From Candidatus Micrarchaeota archaeon (GTDB taxonomy: Archaea > Micrarchaeota > Micrarchaeia > Anstonellales > Bilamarchaeaceae), in contig JAKEGJ010000021.1 of NCBI GenBank assembly GCA_022627495.1, positions 78,612-142,611 of the forward strand: a stretch of DNA of 64,000 bases. The letters are read 5' to 3'. The notes beneath the pieces were generated by a model, which made no database searches, was not told the DNA's origin, and saw only the letters and a list, made by a program, of their open reading frames with translations. The translations under genes were made by a program, and so were the position numbers. Every line of letters begins with the position of its first letter. The first letter of the stretch is position 1. Positions 41,986-51,621 of the stretch are shown in pieces.

Positions 41986-42371
41986 GACACCGTATTTCCG
42001 GCCGATGCAGGCGCTTCCATCTGCCGCTTGACGTTTTCCATGTTGAGGTCTATCATTTCGAGCTTGAGCATTTCGCCTTCTACGATGGCGTCTATCTCAG
42101 CGAGCTTCGCCCGGATTGCCTTTTTCCTGAGAGCGTTCTCCTCCTTTGCCAGCTCCAGCTGTTCAACGACATCGCGGTCAGCCTTTATGCGGTCTATCGT
42201 CCGTTCGACCATTTTCCTGCTCGTTTTCAGCTGCTTGAGGGTCATCTGCATCTGCTGCGCCCTCAGGCGGTTCTGTTCCTCTGCCGCCTTCTTCTGGGCT
42301 TCCATCATCGCTTTCATCCTCTGGTTCATTTCCTTCGCCTGTTCTTCAGTCGGTTCTTTTGCAGGTTCCAT
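41982..42371 (-). CDS. Coiled-coil protein (first gene of a three-gene operon)
   Basis: It is about 129 aa, heptad-rich and charged (EEQAKEMNQRMKAMMEAQKKAAEEQNRLRAQQMQM...). ATG is at 42371 (the track start at 42380 is TTG). Confidence 0.5.
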   Translation of the reverse strand: MEPAKEPTEEQAKEMNQRMKAMMEAQKKAAEEQNRLRAQQMQMTLKQLKTSRKMVERTIDRIKADRDVVEQLELAKEENALRKKAIRAKLAEIDAIVEGEMLKLEMIDLNMENVKRQMEAPASAGNTVS

Positions 42372-42467
42372 AGCAATCAACCCTAAATTTCCTTAAATCC
42401 GGGAGGCAGGAAGCCCCGGGTTGCCAGCTTAATCCGGCGTATTCCGTTTCAATGCCATGCCTCTTAA

Positions 42468-43121
42468 TTATTTCCCCGCTCCGGCCGATTTCGAATAATC
42501 CTCCTTGAACTGCGCGATGCCCTTGTCCGTCAGCGGGTGGCGGAACATCTTCTCGAAGACCTCTGCCGGCATCGTTGCGATGTGCGCCCCCAGCCTTGCA
42601 GAATCGACAACGTGCATGGGGTGCCGGATTGACGCCACGATGATTTCGGTCTTGTAGTCATATGCCCGGAAGATTTCGAGGATATCGGCAATCAGCTGCA
42701 TGCCGTCCTCGGAAATGTCGTCCAGCCTGCCTACGAATGGGGAGACGTATGTGGCGCCCGCCTTGGCAGCCAGAAGCGCCTGCGATGCGGAGAAGATGAG
42801 GGTGACGTTCGTGTCTATGCCCTGGGCGCTGAGGCGGCGGACGGCCTTCATACCCTCCTTTGTCATGGGGATTTTCACCACGATGTTCGGGGCCCATTTC
42901 GAGAACTCCTCGCCCTCCTTGACCATGCCGTCGGCCGTGTCCGCGATGCCCTCGACGCTTATCGGCCCCTTGACGATTTTTGCGATTTCCTTTATGACGG
43001 CCTTCTGGGCCTTCCCGGACTTCATAATCAGCGTCGGGTTGGTCGTCACGCCGTCGCACATGCCCAGCTCTGCAGCTTTCCTGATTGATTCCACATCTGC
43101 CGTGTCAATGAAGAATTTCAT
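42468..43121 (-). CDS. tal: Transaldolase type 3B / fructose-6-phosphate aldolase
   Basis: It has [32 protein letters not shown], the Schiff-base region VVKIPMT, and [11 protein letters not shown]. Confidence 0.85.
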   Translation of the reverse strand: MKFFIDTADVESIRKAAELGMCDGVTTNPTLIMKSGKAQKAVIKEIAKIVKGPISVEGIADTADGMVKEGEEFSKWAPNIVVKIPMTKEGMKAVRRLSAQGIDTNVTLIFSASQALLAAKAGATYVSPFVGRLDDISEDGMQLIADILEIFRAYDYKTEIIVASIRHPMHVVDSARLGAHIATMPAEVFEKMFRHPLTDKGIAQFKEDYSKSAGAGK

Positions 43122-43190
43122 GATTCGCACCCGCTTGAATGTGTAATGGATGGGAAATAACTAAAAAATAGGCGGGAGGCGCGATATCCT

Positions 43191-43547
43191 CTAGTACATG
43201 ATGCAGGTGCAGTTCTCAGATGCGGGCTTGATGTTCTGATTGCGGCAATATTCCCCGCAATACGGCGGAACCGGCGGATTCGTAAGGCAGGGGTCTTCAG
43301 TCTGGAGTCCGAGCGCGCCAAGGAGAGGCGAGGTGACGATATAGGTAACTATCGAGATGAATGCGATAACCAGGATTGCAGCGCCGGCAAGCCACAGACG
43401 CGTTTTTTTAGAAGCCTTCGGCTTGCCGCCGTTCCAGAAGTAATTGGCGATGAAAAGGAAGACGCTTAGGATTATGCAAATCATGGCGAATGCGCCAAGG
43501 AACGTTTTCGAATTACTGCATAATTGCGTGAGGGCTTCATCCAGCAT
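43191..43547 (-). CDS. Small membrane protein with a Cys-rich C-terminal tail
   Basis: It has two TM helices followed by EDPCLTNPPVPPYCGEYCRNQNIKPASENCTCIMY. It lies inside the pentose-phosphate operon. Confidence 0.5.
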   Translation of the reverse strand: MLDEALTQLCSNSKTFLGAFAMICIILSVFLFIANYFWNGGKPKASKKTRLWLAGAAILVIAFISIVTYIVTSPLLGALGLQTEDPCLTNPPVPPYCGEYCRNQNIKPASENCTCIMY

Positions 43548-43562
43548 GCGAATCACTAGGGA

Positions 43563-44561
43563 TTATTCACTGCTTTTCAGTTTTACTGCTTCTTCCGCGG
43601 CTTTGGCGATTGCCGCTGCATCGATGCCGTATTTCCGGTAAAGCTCGGCGCAGTTTCCGGACTCGCCGAAGGAATCCTTCACTCCGACGCGCACAAGCGG
43701 GGCGGGATGGAGCTCGCAGAGAACCTCGGCAATCGCACTCCCGAGGCCGCCATTGACCTGGTGGTCCTCTGCAGAGACGAGCGCCTTGCACTGCTTCGCG
43801 TAGCGGACAATGGTTTCGCGGTCGATGGGCTTTATTGAATGCATGTCGATTACTGCCGCTTCGATGCCCTTCTTCTTCAGCTCCTCGGCAGCCTTGAGCG
43901 CCTCGAACACCTGCAGGCCGCATGCGAAAATGGCCACGTCCTTGGCGTCACGGTAAACGTTCGCTTTGCCGATTTCGAACGGGGTTTGGGGGGTCGTGAA
44001 TACGGGCGTGTTCTCGCGGGATGTGCGGATGTAAGCCGGGGTCTTCAGGGCTGCGGCCGCAATCGTGGCTTTTTTCGCCTGCTCCAAATCGCACGGAACA
44101 AGAACGGTCATGTTCGGAAGCGCGCGCATCATGGCGATGTCTTCCAGAATCTGGTGCGACGCGCCGTCAGGACCGACACTTAGACCCGCATGCGACGCAT
44201 GTATCTTGACATTAAGGTTGCTGTAGCAGACAGAGACGCGTATCTGGTCGAAGTTGCGCCCCGGCGAGAACGCTGCGAACGCGGAAATGAACGCCTTCTT
44301 GCCGCATGCAGCTATGCCTGCGGCCACGCCTGCGAGGTTCTGCTCTGCCACCCCGACCTGCACGAAGCGGCCGGGGAATTTCTCCGCGAACCAATGGGTG
44401 CGCGTGCTTTCCGAGACGTCAGCGGTCAGGGCCCACACGTTCTGGTCCTTTTCGCCAAGTTCGGCAAGCGCCTTCCCGAAGCCGTCGCGGCTGGCTTTCT
44501 TGGGGACTGCGGCGGCAAATACATCCGGAACCAAGTTAGCGCTAGTCGGATTGCCTTCCAT
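43563..44561 (-). CDS. Transketolase, C-terminal (pyrimidine-binding) subunit
   Basis: It has FPGRFVQVGVAEQNLAGVAAG, HAGLSVGPDGASHQ and the C-terminal domain. It directly abuts the N-terminal subunit gene. Confidence 0.85.
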   Translation of the reverse strand: MEGNPTSANLVPDVFAAAVPKKASRDGFGKALAELGEKDQNVWALTADVSESTRTHWFAEKFPGRFVQVGVAEQNLAGVAAGIAACGKKAFISAFAAFSPGRNFDQIRVSVCYSNLNVKIHASHAGLSVGPDGASHQILEDIAMMRALPNMTVLVPCDLEQAKKATIAAAALKTPAYIRTSRENTPVFTTPQTPFEIGKANVYRDAKDVAIFACGLQVFEALKAAEELKKKGIEAAVIDMHSIKPIDRETIVRYAKQCKALVSAEDHQVNGGLGSAIAEVLCELHPAPLVRVGVKDSFGESGNCAELYRKYGIDAAAIAKAAEEAVKLKSSE

Positions 44562-45392
44562 TCACATCGCCTCCAGTTTCTTCCTCTCTTCGGCAAGCTC
44601 CTTGAGGGCGAGTTCGCCTTCCTCCTTGTTCGGGCTCTTTCCGTGCCAGCCGAATTTCTTCTCCATGAACGAGACGCCCTTGCCGCTTATGGTGTTAGCG
44701 ATTATGACTGACGGCTTGTCCGCGCAGGACTGAGCCATGCTGAACGCATGGAGCACGGCGTTGATGTTGTTGCCATCGACAACGACTACGTTCCATCCAA
44801 ATGAGCTGAACTTCTCGGATAGCGGCTCCAGCGGAAGAACGTCGTCGCTCGTCCCGTCTATCTGGATGTTGTTCCGGTCGATTATCGCGACAAGGTTGTC
44901 GAGCGAGTATTTCGATGCGAGGAGGCAGGCCTCCCAGACCTGGCCTTCGTCCAGTTCGCCATCGCCCAGAAGCGCATACACCCGCCAGTCCTGGTTTTCC
45001 CGCTTCCCGACAAGAGCCATCCCGACGGCCTGCGATATCCCCTGGCCAAGCGGGCCTGAGGAGTTTTCAATTCCGGGCAGCGACCCTACGTGCGGATGGC
45101 CCTGCAGGGGCGAACCCAGCTTCCGCAGCGTGAGCAGGTGCTCTTTCGGGAAATAGCCTGCCTCTGCCAGAGCCGCATAAAGCACCGGGCAGATGTGGCC
45201 GTTGGAAAGCACCACGCGGTCGCGCTCCTTCCATGAGGGATTCGTTGGGTCGTGCCGCAGGACGCCGAAATAAAGCGCCGTGAAAACTTCGGCCATGCCC
45301 AATGAGCCGGCCGGGTGGCCGCTTTTGGCTTCGACCAGCATCCTGATTACGCTCTGGCGTATCGAATTCGCCGCCAAAGGCAGCCGCTTCAT
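44562..45392 (-). CDS. Transketolase, N-terminal (TPP-binding) subunit
   Basis: It has SGHPAGSLGMAEVFTALYF, NGHICPVLYAALA and ALLGDGELDEGQVWEA. The ATG is at 45392. Confidence 0.85.
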   Translation of the reverse strand: MKRLPLAANSIRQSVIRMLVEAKSGHPAGSLGMAEVFTALYFGVLRHDPTNPSWKERDRVVLSNGHICPVLYAALAEAGYFPKEHLLTLRKLGSPLQGHPHVGSLPGIENSSGPLGQGISQAVGMALVGKRENQDWRVYALLGDGELDEGQVWEACLLASKYSLDNLVAIIDRNNIQIDGTSDDVLPLEPLSEKFSSFGWNVVVVDGNNINAVLHAFSMAQSCADKPSVIIANTISGKGVSFMEKKFGWHGKSPNKEEGELALKELAEERKKLEAM

Positions 45393-45420
45393 GTCCGTCC
45401 TGATTTCCTTCAACAGTGGG

Positions 45421-46077
45421 TCAGTGGGGCCTATGGGAACACCCTTTCTGCGCACGCTCCTTGAGGTGCGCTATCGCGTCTTTGATGTTATCAGCTGCGA
45501 ATATGGCGCTTGCAGCCGCAAGCAGGTTGGCCCCGTTCGAGAACGCGTGGCCGACGGTCTCGTTGTTCACTCCGCCGTCAACTTCGATATCGAGCTTAGG
45601 AAACATCTCGCGGAGTTTCCTGACCTTGTGCTCCATCTCGTAGATATATTTCTGGCCGGAAAACCCGGGGCGCACGGTCATGACAAGCACGCGCTCGGCC
45701 TTCGGGACGAACGGAAGCAGCATCTCGATGGGGGTTTCGGGGTTGATTGCAAGGCCAAGGCGCCCTCCGACCCGCTTCACCGCGGCTTCGACAGCGTCGA
45801 GGGTGGTTATGGTCTCGACATGGACAAGGTGCATGTTCGGGCCAGGGATTTTTTCTATCCAGCGCTCCGGATGGTTCACCATCCAGTGGAATTCGTAAAG
45901 AGCAGGCGGCAAATCCGCAAGCTCGTTTAGCCCTATCGTCTTGTTCGGGACGAACTCGCCGTCCATGATGTCTATCTGGATTTCCCGCACCAGGCCCCGG
46001 ACCTGGGCGATGCGGCGGAGAAGGTCTTCCCGGCTCTTCACAAGGATGGCTGGTATGACCTCTGCCTCCATAAGCAT
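45421..46077 (-). CDS. rpe: Ribulose-phosphate 3-epimerase
   Basis: It has IQIDIMDGEFVPN, HLVHVE, VLVMTVRPGFSGQKYI and IEVDGGVN. ATG is at 46077 or 46071. Confidence 0.8.
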   Translation of the reverse strand: MLMEAEVIPAILVKSREDLLRRIAQVRGLVREIQIDIMDGEFVPNKTIGLNELADLPPALYEFHWMVNHPERWIEKIPGPNMHLVHVETITTLDAVEAAVKRVGGRLGLAINPETPIEMLLPFVPKAERVLVMTVRPGFSGQKYIYEMEHKVRKLREMFPKLDIEVDGGVNNETVGHAFSNGANLLAAASAIFAADNIKDAIAHLKERAQKGCSHRPH

Positions 46078-46351
46078 TACCTGTTTCCCGCCGCCGGCAT
46101 CCAGCCTTCCGCCTTCCGGCAATCCGGAACCGGAAACTGGAAACCGAAAACGCAATTTCGGGCTCCCGCCAGCCCGATGGATAACGATAGGCGGCTGAGG
46201 CTTTTTAATGTTTGCGAAATAATCGACGGAAGAGGGGGTGGCGGGGGCGGTCCTTTGCGGGAATGCGGCCGCGAAAACAGACAGTATTTAAGTTTAAGCG
46301 GGGGGAGGGTAAATCCATGAGCGGGTGCCCTGATGGTGCGTCGGTAATGGG

Positions 46352-47404
46352 ATGGTGCTGCCCATGAACAAGCTGCTTGTGGCGGCTGCAGCCCTAGTTG
46401 TCATCGCTTTGGCCGGAGTGCTAATTCTGGGCGGTGCGCAGGAAGATGGGCCGGGCAAGACGCAGGTCCGCATAGGCTATTTCCCGAACATGCTGCACGC
46501 GCAGGCTCTTGTCGGGCGGGCGCAAAACTCGTTCCAGGATGCGCTTGGGCCGGATGCCGAAGCGGTGATGATTCCCTTCAACGCAGGGCCTTCGGTGATA
46601 GAGGCCATGTTCGCTGACGAGCTGGACATCGCGTACATCGGGCCGAATCCAGCGATAAACGGATACATCAAGTCGAAGGGAGAGGCGCTTTCCATAATAG
46701 CCGGAGCCGCAAGCGGCGGCGCGGTTCTGGTGGTCCGCAACGATTCCGGGATAGGTTCGCCCGCGGACTTCGCCGGGAAGCGTGTCGCGAGCCCGCAGCT
46801 TGGGAACACCCAGGACGTTGCCCTGCGCGCCTATCTGGCGGGTAACAACCTCAGAATAGGCACAGGGGACGGCGAGGTCGAAGTCATCCCTACGGCGAAC
46901 CCGGACATCCTCACATTGTTCCAGAAGAAAGAAATCGACGGAGCGTGGGTGCCGGAGCCTTGGGGCGCGCGCCTGGTGCAGGAAGGGGGAGGGCGGGTTT
47001 ACCTTGATGAGCGCACGCTCTGGCCGGACGGGAAGTTCGTGACAGCGCATGTTATTGCCAGCAGGAAGTTCCTGCGCGAGCACCCGGACCTCGTGGAAAA
47101 GATCCTCTCTGCGCACGTGAACCTCACGATATGGATAAACGGGCACCCGCAGGACGCCAAGGCGCAGATGAACGCGCAGATAATGGACCTTACGTCCAAG
47201 GAGCTTCCCGCCGCAGTCCTCGACGAGGCGTTTGGCAGATGCGAGATAACCTACGACCCCGTAAGCTCATCCCTCGAGGGCTCGGCAAGAAGCGCATACG
47301 AATTGGGATTCCTCGGCGACACCGAACCGGACCTCGCGGGAATTTATAATCTTACTGCCCTTAACGGGATTCTGCGGGAGAGGGGACTGGGTGCTGTGAG
47401 ATGA
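46352..47404 (+). CDS. ABC transporter substrate-binding protein, NitT/TauT (sulfonate/nitrate/bicarbonate) family
   Basis: It has an N-terminal anchor MNKLLVAAAALVVIALAGVL, and VRIGYFPNMLHAQALVG is typical of SsuA/TauA/NMT1-like binding proteins. Confidence 0.7.
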   Translation: MVLPMNKLLVAAAALVVIALAGVLILGGAQEDGPGKTQVRIGYFPNMLHAQALVGRAQNSFQDALGPDAEAVMIPFNAGPSVIEAMFADELDIAYIGPNPAINGYIKSKGEALSIIAGAASGGAVLVVRNDSGIGSPADFAGKRVASPQLGNTQDVALRAYLAGNNLRIGTGDGEVEVIPTANPDILTLFQKKEIDGAWVPEPWGARLVQEGGGRVYLDERTLWPDGKFVTAHVIASRKFLREHPDLVEKILSAHVNLTIWINGHPQDAKAQMNAQIMDLTSKELPAAVLDEAFGRCEITYDPVSSSLEGSARSAYELGFLGDTEPDLAGIYNLTALNGILRERGLGAVR

Positions 47405-48234
47405 AGAAGGCGCGGAAAGTTGCGATGGCCCCCGAAAGGGGGGCGGTGGAGATATCCATCCAGGGCGTCTGGAAGGAATTCCTGATGAAGAACGGCAGGC
47501 TGAGCGCCCTCGAAGACATAAGCATAGACGTGCGCAAAGGAGAGTTCCTCTGCGTCATCGGCCCAAGCGGCTGCGGAAAATCCACATTGCTAAGCATCAT
47601 AGCAGGGCTCACGACCCCGGAGCGGGGGCGCGTGCTGATAGGCGGGAAGGAGGTCAAAGGCCCCGGACGCGACCGCGTGGTGATGTTCCAGGAGTCCGCT
47701 CTGTTCCCATGGCTGACAGCAATCCAGAACATCGAGTTCGGCCTGAAAATGAAGGGCGTTCGGGAGAAGGAGAGGAAGGGGCTCGCGCTTCATTACCTGG
47801 GGCTTGTAAGCCTCGAGCGGTTCGGGAATTCGTATATCCACGAGCTTTCGGGGGGGATGAAGCAGAGGGTGGCGCTCGCTAGGGCGCTTGCCATGGACCC
47901 GGAGGTCCTGCTGATGGACGAGCCGTTCGCCGCGCTGGATGCTCTCAGCCGCGACCAGTTCCACAAGGAATTGCAGGAAATCTGGATGAAGACGGGCCAT
48001 ACGATAATATTCGTCACGCACAACGTAAGCGAGGCGGTCTGCCTCGGCGACCGCGTCGTCCTTTTCACATACAGGCCGGGGAAGGTGAAGGAGGAGTTTT
48101 GCATCGAATATCCGAGGCCCCGGGAATCGCGGGGCGCGCCGAAACTGGATGCGATAGAGTCGAAAATACTGCGGGAGCTGGAAGTGGAGTACGCGAGGTA
48201 TCGGGAGGAGATGCTGCATGATGGGAGAGTCTAG
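47401..48234 (+). CDS. ABC transporter ATP-binding protein, NitT/TauT family
   Basis: It has Walker A GPSGCGKSTLL, signature LSGGMKQRVALARAL and Walker B LLMDEPF. Its ATG overlaps the upstream stop as ATGA. Confidence 0.85.
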   Translation: MKKARKVAMAPERGAVEISIQGVWKEFLMKNGRLSALEDISIDVRKGEFLCVIGPSGCGKSTLLSIIAGLTTPERGRVLIGGKEVKGPGRDRVVMFQESALFPWLTAIQNIEFGLKMKGVREKERKGLALHYLGLVSLERFGNSYIHELSGGMKQRVALARALAMDPEVLLMDEPFAALDALSRDQFHKELQEIWMKTGHTIIFVTHNVSEAVCLGDRVVLFTYRPGKVKEEFCIEYPRPRESRGAPKLDAIESKILRELEVEYARYREEMLHDGRV

Positions 48235-48988
48235 CCTCGCATTCATCCTCTTCTGCCTGGCCATAATCCTGATTTGGCAGGCGGTAGCGGAGGCAGGGTT
48301 CTGGCCGGACTACATATTCCCCTCGCCGGCAGGGGTGCTCTTTGCCATCATCCACGGAATCGGAGACGAGAGCTTCCTGCACGGGACAATCGCGAGCCTG
48401 AAACGCATGGCGCTCGGGTTCGGATTGGCGCTCATGATAGGCGTCGCCCTGGGGGTCGGGATATCCCAGAGCCGGCTCCTTGAACGCACGCTGGGAACGC
48501 TGGTCCTCGGATTGCAGACGCTCCCCAGCATCTGCTGGCTCCCCCTGGCCCTTCTCTGGTTCGGCCTGAACGACAAGGCCATCATATTCGTTGTTGTGAT
48601 GGGCGCCGTCGGCTCCATCACGATGGCAATCAGCTCCGGCATATCGAACGTCCCGCCAATATATGTCAATGCCGCACGGACGATGGGCGCGCGGGGCTGG
48701 AGCCTGTTTTCCGAAGTGATTTTCCCGGCCGCCCTCCCCACGATGGTGTCCGGCGCGAGGCAGGGCTGGTCTTTCGCCTGGCGCTCGCTGATGGCCGGCG
48801 AGCTGCTGTATGTGAGCGCGGGCCTGGGCCTCCTACTCCAGATGGGGCGCGAGCTGAACGACATCAACCAGGTGGTCGCGGTCATGCTGGTCATAATGAC
48901 GATAGGGTTCCTGATAGAGCGGCTCTTTTTCACGACTATCGAGGAGGACGTGCGGAGGAAATGGGGCCTGGGCAAGCGCAAGGCATGA
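48218..48988 (+). CDS. ABC transporter permease, NitT/TauT family
   Basis: It has 6 TM helices and an EAA-like loop region (NAARTMGARGWSLFSEVIFPAALP). It overlaps the ATPase gene by 17 nt. Confidence 0.8.
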   Translation: MMGESSLAFILFCLAIILIWQAVAEAGFWPDYIFPSPAGVLFAIIHGIGDESFLHGTIASLKRMALGFGLALMIGVALGVGISQSRLLERTLGTLVLGLQTLPSICWLPLALLWFGLNDKAIIFVVVMGAVGSITMAISSGISNVPPIYVNAARTMGARGWSLFSEVIFPAALPTMVSGARQGWSFAWRSLMAGELLYVSAGLGLLLQMGRELNDINQVVAVMLVIMTIGFLIERLFFTTIEEDVRRKWGLGKRKA

Positions 48989-49214
48989 GCGATGCCCCGG
49001 CGCAACGGGAGCGCGGGCTGCGCGCCTGCCGGCTGGCTCGGTTGCAGAAAGTGGAGGAATAGGTTTTTAATAACTTTCCCGCATAAATAGATAAACATGC
49101 GAGCACGGGCGCTGCGCCAAACGCGCGCGTTCTGGCCGCGTGGAGACAAAAAAGCAAAAAATCGGGAATATGTTTAAAAATTTATCCGCAAAAGAATGGT
49201 AGCAAGGATGAAAA

Positions 49215-49646
49215 ATGAAATTGGACCACATACATATAACGGTAAACGCGAAGATTGATCCTTCTTTTAAGGCGTTGCCAAAGGACGATGCGAAGCGTTT
49301 TGTGGACAGGCTTCTCAAGGAGATAAACATGAAGCCCCTGGGCCCGATTAACTGGGCCGATGCGGAGGACCTCGATTTCCCGGGGCAGAGCTTCGTGCAG
49401 ATGATTACCACGAGCCACTGTTCGCTCCATTTTTTCAACCACAAGGACGGCACGAACGAAATCTACTTCGACCTCTATTCGTGCAAAACGTTCGACTCCG
49501 AGCGGGTAATCGGACTTCTCGACGAGAAGTTTGGCCTGAAAGAATGGCACGGCATCCTCTACAACAGGTCAAACGACGGCAAGCCACAGGTCAAGACACT
49601 CGGCACCGCGGCCAAAGAGGTCATGGTGGCGAAAGTCAGGAACTAG
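49215..49646 (+). CDS. S-adenosylmethionine decarboxylase-like (pyruvoyl-enzyme fold) protein
   Basis: The segment GQSFVQMITTSHCSLHFF ... IYFDLYSCK aligns with the archaeal/bacterial SpeH pattern [20 protein letters not shown] ... VDVFTCG. The self-cleavage dipeptide is T-S here instead of E-S. Confidence 0.5.
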   Translation: MKLDHIHITVNAKIDPSFKALPKDDAKRFVDRLLKEINMKPLGPINWADAEDLDFPGQSFVQMITTSHCSLHFFNHKDGTNEIYFDLYSCKTFDSERVIGLLDEKFGLKEWHGILYNRSNDGKPQVKTLGTAAKEVMVAKVRN

Positions 49647-49650
49647 CATC

Positions 49651-49692
49651 TTCCGTTTTTTTCATTTTAGCTGTTTCGGGTTTTTCTTTTCC
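49651..49692 (+). terminator. Oligo-T tracts downstream of the speH-like gene
   Basis: TTCCGTTTTTTTCATTTTAGCTGTTTCGGGTTTTTCTTTT starts 5 nt after the stop. Confidence 0.45.
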
Positions 49693-49761
49693 TCCAACGG
49701 CAGCACTGCCGGCGTGGAGCCGGACGCAATAATTATAACCTGCGCGGCAGGATAGGAAAGC

Positions 49762-50217
49762 ATGAGGCTTCTTGTGGTTTCGGTCGGGATTCTGGCGCTT
49801 CTTGCCGGCTGGGCTTTCGCCGGATGCGCATCGGACGCATACAGCAAGACTTGCGCATCCTGCCCGTTCGACGAGAACGGCAAGGTTGACCAGTCCTGCA
49901 AGAGCGGCTACCAGTCGTCCGGGACGACGTGCGTGAGCACGAGCTATCCCATCATGTCCGCTCAGTATGCACAGGGGAAATGCCCTGCGGTCGACGGATG
50001 CGCGGACGAGCTCCGCTCATGCACCGCCCAGTATTCGTCCGGCAACGACAAGGAGGACTGCATGGAGGGCTCGGCCTCGGTCTGCTACAGCGCAGCGGAC
50101 CAATGCGTCAAGAGGGCAGCCATATCGTGCGGGGAAATAGAGAAGCCGTGCCCTGGCTCTGCGGCCACATTCATCCTGCTTTTTGCCGGCCTTGCCTTTG
50201 TGAAACTGAGGAGCTGA
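49762..50217 (+). CDS. Small Cys-rich secreted protein with a lipobox-like signal and a C-terminal hydrophobic tail
   Basis: It has MRLLVVSVGILALLAGWAFAGC, 16 Cys in 151 aa, and the C-terminal PCPGSAATFILLFAGLAFVKLRS. Confidence 0.6.
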   Translation: MRLLVVSVGILALLAGWAFAGCASDAYSKTCASCPFDENGKVDQSCKSGYQSSGTTCVSTSYPIMSAQYAQGKCPAVDGCADELRSCTAQYSSGNDKEDCMEGSASVCYSAADQCVKRAAISCGEIEKPCPGSAATFILLFAGLAFVKLRS

Positions 50218-50398
50218 AGCCCGGCGGGTTGTGGGGCTCCGGAGAATCCAGCGTGAATGCGGAGAGGGCGGAGAAGAAGAGCTTTCCGTTTCCCCCGACC
50301 ATGAAATTTAGGCAAAGCAGGCCCGCGCCACGGCCGGCCACGTGCTTGGCGCCCCATTTGGCCTTGAGTTTAAGGACCCCGCCGCTTTCGAAACGGGG

Positions 50399-51559
50399 CT
50401 ATTCTCCCTTGTAGATGTGCACCACGGAGGTCGCGCCGCTCCCCCCGACGTTGTGGCTCAGGCCGATATGCGCATCCTTGACCTGGCGCCCCTCGGCCTC
50501 GCCGCGAAGCTGCCAGACGCATTCGACCGCCTGCTTGACGCCGGTCGCACCGACGGGGTGGCCGCACGCCTTGAGCCCGCCGGATGTGTTCACCGGGATT
50601 TCCCCGCCTAAGGCCGTCCTGCCCTCCAGGCTTGCGGGCCCGCCTTTCCCCTTCGGGAAGAAGCCGAGGTCCTCTATGGCCATTATCTCGGCTATCGTGA
50701 AGCAGTCGTGGATTTCAGCGAAATCGATGTCCTTGGGCGCAAGTTTCGCCATGCCGAATGCCTTTTTGCCGGCAACCTGCGTCGCTTTAAGCCCGGTGAG
50801 CGATTCCCTCGAATGGAGCGCTATGGCATCGCTCGCCTGTGCGCATGCGATTATCTCAACCGGCTTCTTGCCGAAGCTGTGCGCAAGCTCCAGCGGGGCC
50901 AGCACCACCCCTGCCGCGCCGTCGGTTATGGGCGAGCAGTCGAATACCTTGAGGGGGTCCGCCACCTTCTTGGATTTCATCACGGTTTCCATAGTAATCT
51001 CGCTTTGGAACTGCGCGTACTTGTTTTTCGCGCCGTGCTTGTGGTTCTTGACCGCCACGGATGCCATCATCTCCTCTGTGGTGCCATAATCCAGCATGTG
51101 CCGCTTCGCCATGAGCGCGTATATCGCCGGGAACGTCGCCCCGAGGAAAAGCTCCCACTCCTGGTCGCCCGCCCCGCCTAGTATGTCGCTTACGGTGTTG
51201 ACGCCAAGGTCGGTCATCTTCTCCACGCCGCCCACGACGACAATGTCATGCATGCCGCTTGCGACTGCCATGAAGCCCTGGCGAAGAGCGAGGCCGCCGG
51301 ACGCGCACGCGCCTTCCACGCGGGTGATTGGAATGGGATTGAGGCCCATGTAATCCGCAATCAGCCCGCCGATATGCTCCTGGCCTATCAGGCGGCCGGA
51401 GGCCATGGTGCCGACGAAGCCGGCGTCGATTTTCTCTCCTGAGATGCCCGCGTCGCTGATGGCCTTGATGCCGGCCTGGACGACAAGGTCCCGGAATCCC
51501 AGCTCCCAATGCTCGCCGAAGGGCGTCATGCCTGCCCCTATGACCGCTACCCGTCTCAT
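50399..51559 (-). CDS. Acetyl-CoA acetyltransferase (archaeal-type thiolase)
   Basis: It has MRRVAVIGAGMTPFGEH, an active-site Cys region VEGACASGG, and C-terminal NTSGGLKACGHPVGATG. Confidence 0.85.
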   Translation of the reverse strand: MRRVAVIGAGMTPFGEHWELGFRDLVVQAGIKAISDAGISGEKIDAGFVGTMASGRLIGQEHIGGLIADYMGLNPIPITRVEGACASGGLALRQGFMAVASGMHDIVVVGGVEKMTDLGVNTVSDILGGAGDQEWELFLGATFPAIYALMAKRHMLDYGTTEEMMASVAVKNHKHGAKNKYAQFQSEITMETVMKSKKVADPLKVFDCSPITDGAAGVVLAPLELAHSFGKKPVEIIACAQASDAIALHSRESLTGLKATQVAGKKAFGMAKLAPKDIDFAEIHDCFTIAEIMAIEDLGFFPKGKGGPASLEGRTALGGEIPVNTSGGLKACGHPVGATGVKQAVECVWQLRGEAEGRQVKDAHIGLSHNVGGSGATSVVHIYKGE

Positions 51560-51621
51560 AAGTATAACCGGAAGTGATATTGCCTGGAAAACATTTAAAG
51601 CGGAGCTTCCATTGTCTTGAT

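Noticed and set aside
41389-42396. A 335-aa plus-strand ORF spanning the three-gene minus-strand operon.
   Set aside because: It has an Arg/Cys/Ser-rich composition with no start context. The minus-strand genes show ATGA coupling and an SD-like GGGTGGGGG. However, no homology supports either strand, so this rejection is provisional.
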